Source: Seison nebaliae (Eukaryota). Taken from it: DNA of 48,051 nt. This document shows, piece after piece, positions 37,343-48,051 of this stretch. The notes beneath the pieces are model-generated. The model worked only from the letters and a program-made list of their open reading frames with translations. It ran no database searches and was not told the DNA's origin. The DNA lies in assembly GCA_023231475.1 (NCBI GenBank), contig JALJEE010002038.1, forward strand, positions 1 through 48,051. Reading direction: 5' to 3'. The position numbers and the translations under genes were made by a program. Every line of letters starts with the position of its first letter. Within the stretch, counting starts at the first letter, position 1.

Positions 37343-40300
37343 TAAAGGATTGTTATATAAAACTTTCCCATTGTAAAAGATGACTGGACAAAAATGTTAT
37401 AGCGATGTTGAAATCGTTTCAATTATAATTTTCTCTTAACAATTTGTTTAGTGAACATCTTGGAGAGAATGGGAAGTGAAAGGGAATTCTTTAAAATTCT
37501 TTCAAAACTAAATGAATTACTTTCCGATAAGTCTTTGGCAATATACACGATGGAATTTTTTCAATGTAACTATGGTCACCGTATGAGAGAGACGAAATTT
37601 CGACGACAGAATGACCAGTAAGTGAATTGAAAAAAGAAAGTTTGGTTATTTGAAGCCATTTCGTTTATTCACCATCTTCGATTTTCCGATGAAATAATAT
37701 TGACGTCAACGTCGTACAAAGAACACATACAAATTATGTATGGAAATACATACCGGATTTAGCTTATAATAGCACCTCCATATTCTTCGCGATTACTTAA
37801 CCATAATGGACTAGAGAAAAATAGACGAAATTTTTTATATTGGGAAAATAATTTTTTCTAATTAATTTCACTCGAATAGTTGTTCCTTTTTTATTAATGT
37901 TCTGAGGATAATTTTTCCATGAGCTATGTTCGATCGATTAATAATATTAATCGGAATAAAATACTGGAATAATAAGAATTATGAAAATTTCAAGTTTCAA
38001 CATGCAATTTGAAGTTATTTCTCTTCAATGACCCAAGTGAAATCAAAGTCCAATAGTATACTGTTAGTAATCGATAAAAAAAGAAAAATTTGGGAAAAAA
38101 TATTTTTTATGGAATTAACTAACTAGTTTAGATATTTAAAATAGAGGTAATTTAAAAATTATTTTATTCCATGAACTTCAAAGAATGTTCAAAGTATGTT
38201 ACAGAATGTCACATTTTAACAATCTGAAGATACAATACGATTATATAATATTATAGGGACATAATACATTTTAAATTAGTGGGAGTATGTTAATTTATTA
38301 GAAAAGGTTTGGAATGACTATGAGAAGAAGTACCTTTGGCATTATTAAATAATAATGATTCTTTTTTGAAGAGAGACACTAATAAATACAGCATCCATCT
38401 AGTTCACGACATTTTTTACTCCAAATAGTCAGACAGATGAATCACTTACTTATTATAAATATTTTGTGATGAATATAAGATGGTTTTTTTTCTTCGCAAA
38501 AGTAAACAAAAAGAAATAGCTATTTGCACGAGACTTTTCATGAAACTCTTCCAGTTTATGTGTCAATTGATATCTAATTAACGAAATTTTTTGTGGGAAC
38601 AATATTTATCATGTCGGAAAGAAAAATTTGTCAAATAGAATCAAATGTGCGGAGGTGGTTCATATTTGTTATTATGAACGAATCGTTAAAAGTTAATGAT
38701 CTAACTTCATCGTATAAATACATTAAGAAATAATAACACGAATGAAATAATGAAATGAGAATTTATAGAATTAAAGAGAAACAAACTTCGGAAAACAAAT
38801 CTTAAAGTTGAGAAATGGTTAGCTCTTTTGAAATAGTTTGAAAATATCGATGTACATAGTAGAAAGAGTTATTTGTAGAATGATTTCTGAAGGCTATTTA
38901 TTCGGAAGTTCTTCTTATAAATTTTCTCTTTCAATCATTGGATACTAGTTATGACAACATAATATACACTTGAAGTTTTTTTTCATTTTCCCATATAATA
39001 AAAAGAGGCTTTTCAGTTTCAGACTCTCTTCAATTCGTTTTATCGACAGTTACAGAAAAAAAACTATAAAAGTGAAAGCTTGTCAAAGAACGTAAAAGGA
39101 GGTGAAAATACTTTTACTTTTGTTTTTGCTTTTCCTTTCATGCTGTTTCCAGTTAAGGATTTTATATTCGTTTAATTTCGAAACTTTATCACGAATTCGA
39201 TTCTGTTAATAGAAATATTATTACATCATGTTCATGATGATTCAACCTATGCACATTATTGTGTCATATTCGACAAACATAAAAATAGTCTTTGACTTTG
39301 AATAATTATAGTGGAGCTTATGGACGACGTACAGTGTTCACAATAATTCTTCAAATTTAGTTACCTGAAAATTAATCTCATACGAATGAAAACTTTACAA
39401 ACTTAACTCGCAAGTAAGTTCAATAAACGAAATTTCTATTTTCAAATATTCGTTCATTTACACTAACAATTTTGTTGATTTATGATTAAGAGCGAATATT
39501 ACGGTAAATGTTGCGGAAGTCATTATTGAGTTATTTATAGTTAATCGTAATTATTTGTAACATCATGCCGAGTATTGTAAGCAGCATCAGTACGAATAGT
39601 TCAGTCACTTTAACCAAAATAAGAACTTAATGGTAAGAAAATTAGTAATATAAGAAATATGACAAATTATCAGCATTAAACATTACTTTTTTTACGTTTC
39701 GACGACATTATTAAAATTACGACGGAAAAAATTAAACATTTTAAATTAATGGAAATGAATAAAGACTATGCAATGAAAATACTTCCATAAGAAGAATAAA
39801 ACAGACTATAATAATTATTGAACTTAAGATACTTTATAGATGTTCTTATTCTCGTCCATGAATGTTTACTCAAAAATAATTCTTAAATGTTGATTTTATT
39901 GATTTCATAATCAACGTCTTATAAGACTGTATTATATTTTCGTATGATATTTATTATTACACTATATTCAATTCTCAATCGAAACATATAAACATCAGGT
40001 TCTTATGTGAAGAAGCGAAGGTATGGAAAGAACCAAAATAATTAATTTGGAGGACATACAACATTTAACAGTAAATACTTTAATATCAATAACGATGATG
40101 CGTAACAGAAAACGAAAGTCAAAAATTCCGTCTGAACATGTTTAACAAGATATTTCGTTTCTACTAAAAGAATTATGTCAAATTTCTTTGGTTAGGAAAA
40201 AAATCTAAAGGAAACCGAATCTGCAAGAACTATTGTCACATCTGTCCTTATACATATAAAATCAGATAAAAGTTAACATGACAAATTCATATTTATGTGG

Positions 40301-41637
40301 ACAGGTTTAACCTCATAAAAGCATTGCTAATGTTGTCGCAAGTACAATCTTGTCCGTATCTCGACATGTTTCAAAACTGTTATTTCTTTTTCAACTCTTT
40401 CTTCCATCTTCGTCCAAAAGAAGTTTTTGGATTTTTAGTGAAAATTTTTTCTCTCATTTCGATTCAGCGAAAAACTATTGCCTTAAATTTGTATATTTGG
40501 ACATATATTGGAATATTTCCAATGAATTATCTTCAAACAAATTTCCTTTTAATTTTCTTATTGTCGATCAATATTTTATATAATTAATTATGAGTAGATT
40601 AAGATGAATACTAAAATGAAATATACTAATAAAAACAATGAAATAATTCTAAGTATCCAATAAGGAATATAAATATTTTTGTTTCTGTTAAAGTTATGGG
40701 AGAATTGAAAGATATTAGAAGGAAATTGATATGGAAATTGACCATACCATTATTGAAGTTTTAAGTTACATTATCTCATTTGTCTGTAACTCTCCTTTAA
40801 TATAGTCATGCATCAATTGATATTAATATTACATGCATTATTATTTCAGAGCTATTATTCTATTAGTAGCACATCTGCGTAAACTTCATTTGTTTAGTTT
40901 TCATAAAATTTATTCAAACAAATGGGAAAAAAACATATCTTATCAGGCTTTTCAAATTGAAGACGAATAGGCATCTTTTGATTTTCAGTAGCATAATCGA
41001 TTAAACGAGAAATGTCCTGGACAATTTTTTCAAATCGATGTAGAATATTTATGGCGACTTAAGACAATTCCAAAGAAGAAAATATATTGAAAATACACCT
41101 TATCTAGATTTGCATGCATCATATATCCGAGATGTACACTTATATTTCCATTTGTCTGCTATTAAAGAAGATGAAGCTCCAACTGTTAAATCGTATTAGA
41201 CTTAAAAAAGGAAAATATTTTTCTTTTTATTTCGCGCAAATAGAATAGTATATTATATTAAAATTATATAGCAGAATAACAAATAATATAAGAGATAAAG
41301 AGATGATACTATCATCATATCGACAGGTAGATATTTTGTAGACTATACGATATTTAAATAAGATATTACTCTTCTGTTTCAATTAATTATATGAATTATG
41401 CAATAGGCGATATTTATTTCAACACATCTTCCAAATTAGATATATTTCATGATAACACATCCGTATAATAATAATGATGAGTACGTCAAATTTTAGAAAA
41501 TATGCGCAATAATTAATAAAAGAAGAAGAAACAGTCTGGAAGATTTGGATTTATTAAAAATTAACATTTCATTTAATAATTAACGACTGATATAATATCA
41601 GTGAAATTGTAAGAGTTTAGACAGTTTATACTTCATA

Positions 41638-42303
41638 TCATACTGATAGACGACAAATAGGACAAGTTTTCTTATCGTTCTTAAACCATGTATCAATACA
41701 AGTTTTATGGAAGCAATGATGGCATTTACTCAATTTCACTACGGTCACTTTGCCATTATAGGAAAATTTGTCATAACAGATACTACAAGGATCATCAAGA
41801 ATTCTCAATTCTTCTTTTGATATCTCATAATACTTCTGTTTTAGTTTTGGCGCTAAATACCACCTTGGATTTATACTTCGATTATTTGCAAATGGATTAT
41901 GACTAAGGCGACGTGAAGGCATTCTAGATGGTACTGGATCTACAGGATTGTTTCGTGGTTGAAGATTGTGTGCAGGGCGAGATGATTTTCCTCGTTGATC
42001 TCTACGTTCTACAATTGGAATTCTATTTGTTCTTGAAAATTCCGTCTGAGATACGTTTGAATTTGGATTTTGCCCATCCCTCCTTGGAGGACCCGACGGT
42101 GATGTGTTGTGACGATCGTTTGGTTTGTTTTGTATTCCTTTATAATTCCTTTGGCACAAACGTTCCCAAATTTTTTTATGTTCATCCTCTACATTATACC
42201 TGTTGAGATGTTGAGGGAAAGCTAATTGTCCGAAACCTGTATCATCGACACGTGGTTTTTGTTTTCTATGTATTCTATTTTCGAGTTCGGTAGGCATATT
42301 CAT
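41638..42303 (-). CDS. RING-H2 finger protein (putative E3 ubiquitin ligase), 221 aa, intronless
   Basis: C-terminal CSICYDKF..LSKCHHCFHKTCIDTWF..TCPICR is a C3H2C3 pattern. Confidence 0.9.
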   Translation of the reverse strand: MNMPTELENRIHRKQKPRVDDTGFGQLAFPQHLNRYNVEDEHKKIWERLCQRNYKGIQNKPNDRHNTSPSGPPRRDGQNPNSNVSQTEFSRTNRIPIVERRDQRGKSSRPAHNLQPRNNPVDPVPSRMPSRRLSHNPFANNRSINPRWYLAPKLKQKYYEISKEELRILDDPCSICYDKFSYNGKVTVVKLSKCHHCFHKTCIDTWFKNDKKTCPICRLSV

Positions 42304-44040
42304 AGTTCATATATGGAACAAGAAATTTTTAACCTTAATTAAGTTTTTTACCTTTTAAAAAATTTACTTTTTTCTTCTAAATGAAGTTTTTCACATAATG
42401 TTACAAGCAGGAGACAAATCTAATATTTGAAAAAAAAGGATAATTACATTAGAATTTACTTTAGAAATGTTACAAGGAACCTTCTTAAAGGACCTGAACA
42501 CAGAAATATTACTCGTAGAAATTACCCGTTTAAATTCTGTTCTCCGTTGAGGATTAATATCGTTACTTTATCTGAGAAGGATGAATTTACATGCTTTTTC
42601 TAAATTTCTATCGTAATGTTTTAACATAATCCCCAGTGGTGTTTCGAACGCGTTAATTCCTCTTGTGTTGTTACTGTTACTAACAGATTTACGCATTGCA
42701 TTGTCCTGTATGAATATTTATAAGGTCATGTTTGTTAATGCATAATCTCTAATCTGAAGTAAGTTGATTATATCAATGAAATCCCCTTCGCCAATGTGGG
42801 TTTAAGTAATTTGAGAGTCTTCTAAATTGCTACACTCAATCCTTGCTATATTATGACTGGATGTACAATAAGAATGCTTCTTATTTGTTGGCCATTTATT
42901 AGAGCATTAATGTTTTCTACAGGCGGATCCGATATTTCTTCTCCCATTCTGAATCACTTACATGGACTTAAAAAGAATAATTACTAACTCACCCTTAAAA
43001 TAGTCCCTATTAATATGTCACTAGGATACTAATTTACCAAATACATCGTGCAACAAAGGGTAGATAATCTTTGGTATAGATATTACACAGACTTACAAGT
43101 GTTTGTATTTGTAGTCATTTGGAAATATATAATCTCCACTAACGAATGACTATTCTGAGAACAATGTTATCCTGATCATTAACCTGATGAGATTATATTA
43201 TCATAAACTTTCCCAAGGATTCAGAGTTCAAGAAATGCATTCACCGTTCATATGGCAAACAGGAAATGTTAAAATTTTAATTTTTTATTATTATTTACGT
43301 TTTTAAATCTTTACTTCTAAATGAGTTTTTTGACATAATGCTACAAACGACAGTCTTTACATTTACTTATTAGTCTTTTATTTCTTTATAAAAATATTTT
43401 TGTACATGGTTTCCTCCTTATAGAAAATTATAATAACCTTCATTATTAATGGAAACATTATACACAGGAGACTCTACGCTGTAGAACATATTGGTACAAA
43501 ACTATAGTTTTATTAATATGAATATATTAATAATAAAACTATGAAATAATATAATAATAATATTTAAAAATAAATATACCTAGTATAATAATTTATTACA
43601 ATTAATAAAATTAACTGCTTAGAAATTTGGTATAATAAGTTCTGTTGTATTTAATTTTATAAACTGAACAATAGAAAATTATAAGAAATCTTTCCTAAGG
43701 AAAGAAAAGGAAAGTTTCCTTTTGTAAAAATAAAATTTAAAGGATCATAAGTTAAATTGTTTAAAAGTTAATATTGCGCTAAAGAAACATGTCGAATAAA
43801 ATATATCCAGAAGGAATAAAGATAAAAATGACGAGCAGCCGAAAAGCTGCGTTCGTTACAAAAAGTTATTTCTTATTTTCGTAATGATCCGTAAATAATC
43901 TTTTAAAGGGCTGGTGGCAGTGGTTAGGAAAAGGGTCAAAAGGGTCGTCGTATTGAGTTAGATTAATCAAAATAAGAAATATTTTATTCTTTAAGGACCA
44001 TTATTGTGTCTCTTTTGAATGGTTATTCGTCGGTAAATTA

Positions 44041-44099
44041 AGTGGTCGTCAGTAATTTGGTAGTTCGTCAGTAAGTTGGTAGTTGGTCAGTAAGTTGGT
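44041..44099 (+). repeat. 19-bp tandem repeat x3 (tagttcgtcagtaagttgg-like)
   Basis: gtcagtaatttggtagttc gtcagtaagttggtagttg gtcagtaagttggt is directly visible. Confidence 0.8.
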
Positions 44100-44252
44100 G
44101 TTGCTTAAATTTGGTGAACGACGTGGTGGTTTAATAATGGTGCTCAATTTTGTCACATATTATTCGACGAGGTGGTGAAATGGTGATTAAAAATCGAAGT
44201 ATCAATAACGTAAAAATTTAATTAATGTATAATAATTAACTAACTTTTGAAC

Positions 44253-46640
44253 TTTATTTATTTTATTTATTTATTTAAAGAAAGAAAGAAAAAAAATATA
44301 AAATAAATCTATAAACTCCCATACAGGGACAATTCAAACGGCAATCTCGAAGAGAATCCTCAGAGCGCTAGACTGATTTGTTTCTATCAGGGTCTTGGCA
44401 GAATTTAAGGTGGGTACCTGTTCATCACGTAACCGAGACACTGATTAGAACGAGAAGATGAACTCACGAAATGTAGTAGAAAGAGGTGAGTGGTTTATCG
44501 AGTAATATACGATGGTGTGAAAAAAGATGGAATGATTCGATGTGATACATCGTTGAATGAAAGATGACATGTCGGGGAAGAGCCCCGATGACGAAAAGTT
44601 GTCTAGGACGTGGAAAATGCGTGGACAATATAAAATATGAAATGGAGGAATATCGGTGACTGCGAAAATAAGATTCCAATTAATTCTTCGGAAGCAACCG
44701 ATAAGTCGACGGAAGATGTTGTTGTAAGTTCGGTCCATTCTGAGGAATGAGTTGTTGGAGACGAATAATAGTCCATAAAGCCGAGTCCATATAATGGGAG
44801 GACAAATGAAGAGAAAACACGAATTTGGATTGAGAGTGGAAGATACTTCGATCGTGTTGCGAATGAGAATGATGCACGGACAAATTTATTTCGGATGTGA
44901 TCGAGTGAGGCGGATGCCATCATTTTGGAATCGAGAAGAACTCCTAGGAACGTATGGTTTGGAGCAGGAGAAAGAGATAGATTCCTCAGGAGAGAGGGAG
45001 TTGTGGAAACGACAACAGTTTTCGTCGGATTTTTCTTAATTGACACTTCCGCCAAGAGAATCTGTGCTCTTTCGCCAATTCGAATCAGTTGTCGTGGAGA
45101 AGTAGCAAATATGAGAATGTCGTCAGCATATGCGAGTGCTACGGGAATTCGCATGCCGTTAACGTTGTTGTTGTAAAGTTTATTCAATTGAAGAATGACC
45201 CAGTCAAGAGTGAGGCCGAAAAGCCAAAATCCCAGGATGGAACCTTGTCTGACGCCATTGTTGGCCAGGAAAGGAGTTCCCATAGTATGATCGAGTGATA
45301 CCGACACGGTGGAAAAGAAACATAATTGACGAATAAAACGCAAAACCATATCCGGTGTGTTCCTAGCTGCAATGGAGGAGAAAGCCGGTATTACGTCAAT
45401 GGAATCGAAAGCTTTCGATGAATCGAGGAACAACGCGTGTAATTGTGCGCGTTGTACTTGAGCTTCCAAGAATAATGAGTGGAATATGATAAGAATCGGA
45501 TGAACAGGAATCGCGATGAGCAGCTCTGCACGCGAATTGATGAGGAGAGGAATAAAAACTCGTCCTGTATCTGTTGAGTACTATTGCTCGATGAGACGAA
45601 GCATGAACGGACTAATGCAGATCAGACGGTAAGAATTCAGTTCGTGTGCATCGTTAGATGGTTTCTTCAGCAATGAAATTGATCTGAAGTGGAACCATTC
45701 CACGGGGAACACTTCTGTATCGAAAGCTTGATTGACGATTTCGAGAAGAAACGGCGACAGTTTCTCTTCACAACATTGCACGAGCTTCGGACAGATCCTG
45801 TCAATGCCGTGGGCCTTGTTACTTCCTAAAGAGTTGATCGCATTAGAAATATCTCGAGTTGAAAAAAAAAATCAGGACTGCTCGAGCAATCAGGAATTTG
45901 GTATGATGTGTTCTTGTCCATCTCCATCTGCAAGCGGAAATGCGAGGAAAATTGAGAGAGTACAGGACGATCTTCGGAACCGATATTCGGTCTTGCAGGG
46001 CGAAGGAAAACCCAGAGAGTCGACGGGTTCGTGGAACTATGTCGTACGCTATGTCGGAAAGCCTTCTTAGCCCGGATTAATGCAGCGGTTATTTCTGGCG
46101 ATGATGTGGTGGGGGAAAGGCTGGAGAGTCTTTCGCACTCTGTTCGGAGTGGCAGAATCGTGTGAAAAAGTGGAATAGATCGTTAATGTGACTGTGCAGT
46201 GTGAGAAGTGGCTGAGAAATGAGTCAGAAGTAACATTAACTGTGACGAGTCCTTCGAGTTATGGTCACGGTGGAAAAAAAATTTGAATCGATGTGTGAGA
46301 GATTCTTGGATTATATCGTTCGTTTTACAGTAGTTTCGACCAACTCTCGTGGAAAGAATATGGGAAGGATTGGGGTAGCGTGTTGACTTGCGATCGCTGA
46401 GAGAAAGGGAGCATGTCAACGGAGATTGATCTGACAGGAACGCCGGTTGTGTACTGTGAAGGATGGAACAGTTAAAATGGATGATTGAAGAGACGAGCAG
46501 GCGATGATATGTATGATCGATCCAGGATGAGTCTACAGATGAAGAGAAGGTGTAAGAATCGTCTGGTAACAGTAGTACGTCGACGAGTAAGGTATCGGAA
46601 GATGATAGAAAAGAAGAAAGGGACGCGTTCGTGGATGAAT
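44253..46640 (-). mobile_element. Non-LTR (LINE-like) retrotransposon, disrupted and probably 5'-truncated
   Basis: RT motifs KAHGIDRI, LLKKP..SYRLICIS, LDSSKAFDSI, GVRQGSIL, LAYADD and FLGV; stop/frameshift between ORFs 45581..45781 and 44603..45469; raised GC; (AAAT)n-like 3' tail at about 44253..44276. Boundaries are approximate. Confidence 0.9.
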
Positions 46641-46861
46641 AAAGATGACTCCTACGAGTTGCGTCTATATTGAAGTCATCAGCGATTATGAAAGGAATGG
46701 AGTATTCGCGTTTACGATGATCTATTCAATCGAAAAAATAAGAAATGATTCCTACGTCGCCTGTTGGGCGGTAGACGTTGTAAAAAATTGTGTTCTCTTT
46801 ACGGAACGAAATGGAACATTTACCAAAATCACAGATGTCTGTAGCGGTTAGATATTCGTGA

Positions 46862-47560
46862 ATGAAGACGAGGATACCAAGACCTGAAGTACTCATCTTT
46901 TCAATCAATATTCAACTATCCTCATTCAAAAAATTTGTCGAACGACTTAGGAAGTCGTCGGCACATGCGAATATTGTACGAGCAAAGAAAGTTGTTAAGG
47001 CTTGGTCTCCAAATAGATGGAGCTCCAAAGACATTATTCTGGAAAATAAAGATGTCGTTATTGAATGCAATCGGCGTCAAAGTACGACGGAGCGGAACAT
47101 GGGACGTTACAGACAAAATGTGCGCAATAAGCATCTTCATCAACATCGTTTCAAGGAGGATAAGTATACTCTATATTTTTCGGCATCAATTCCATGTCAC
47201 GAACTGACCGACGGGGATTGGTTCATGGACGGAACGTTCAAAAAGTGCCCAAACTCCTTCGCGCAGCTATTCGTTTTTGGAGTCCAACGAAACAATCGAC
47301 TCATCACACCTTTCTACGCTTTGATGAAAGATAGATGTAAAATTACCCACATTGAGTTCTTCACGAAAATTAAAGAAGAATTTTGGATTAATCCTGTATC
47401 CATAACGTCCGATTTCGAACAAGGTTCTATTTTAGCAACGTAAGCTGTCTTCCTCGCTGCCACCCTCCATGGGTGTTTATTTCATTTGTTGCAATCAGTC
47501 TTCAGACACATCGTGTAACTTGGTTTAAAGGAGATGTACTATACGAGCAAAGATTTCTAA
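46862..47560 (+). mobile_element. Mutator-like (MULE) transposase pseudogene fragment
   Basis: WFMDGTFKKCP..QLFVF, PFYALM, ITSDFEQG, and after a TAA at 47441 the same frame continues HGCLFHLLQSVFRH (MULE D..D and CxxH motifs); further in-frame stops follow. Confidence 0.88.
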
Positions 47561-48051
47561 AATCTAACAGATGAGAATCTAAACTCTCAACAAATTTTTG
47601 CGTTTATATTATTATTGGATAAGAATTCAATTTAATTGAAGGACGATAAAAATTTTACTTCATTTTTTTTTCATATTCTCATTTTGTTTTTTGATTTATT
47701 TAATAAATTTTGTTGTGTCCGTTTATGCTATTGAAATTTCCTAATTTTCAATTCTTTTGCCATACGGCATATTGTCCTGCTTTGATCGTTCTGTTCTTCG
47801 CCAAAATAGAACGATGAGTGTATGTATAGAAAGCGAAAAAGACAATCTGGATTTTTTCATCTTCTAAAATCAAATCGTTTTTTTCTTATAACTTTTCGTT
47901 ATCCTTTGGACGAGTCTAGGACATAAGAGCCACGCAGACTTTGATTTTCTGAAATTTATTAATAAAATAATAATAAAACACAGTATATAGCTACACAGCT
48001 GTATAGGATTGTTATGTCTGGATTTTTGTTTTCCAAAATTATACAGAGTCT

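Noticed and set aside
40297..40587. Overlapping 96-aa and 77-aa ORFs
   Set aside because: Non-ATG starts, F/L/I-rich composition typical of AT-rich non-coding DNA, and no motifs.
28276..44099. CRISPR-like interpretation of the tandem repeats
   Set aside because: The repeats are contiguous with no unique spacers, there are no cas genes, and the context is eukaryotic.

Overview
AT-rich, gene-dense nuclear DNA from a metazoan with a compact genome; the species cannot be established from the sequence. Hand-spliced gene models are a divergent class I eIF4E with long extensions, an EGF/SEA-like single-pass membrane protein, a single-Ig membrane protein, a giant ASPP-family (ankyrin+SH3) gene, two head-to-head orphan genes, a TRF2/TBPL1-type TBP-related factor, JMJD4, a tetraspanin and a RING-H2 protein. 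A broken non-LTR retrotransposon and a broken MULE transposase follow. The main signal is the splice code. All 19 well-supported coding-region introns (44-110 nt) begin GTT, never GTA/GTG, with almost no +4..+6 or exonic consensus, and 9 of 19 end in AAG. Two candidate 5'-UTR introns instead carry the textbook GTAAGT donor. Applying the GTT rule reveals a probable small secreted-protein gene, missed by the ORF track, nested antisense in an inferred ~8 kb ASPP intron.
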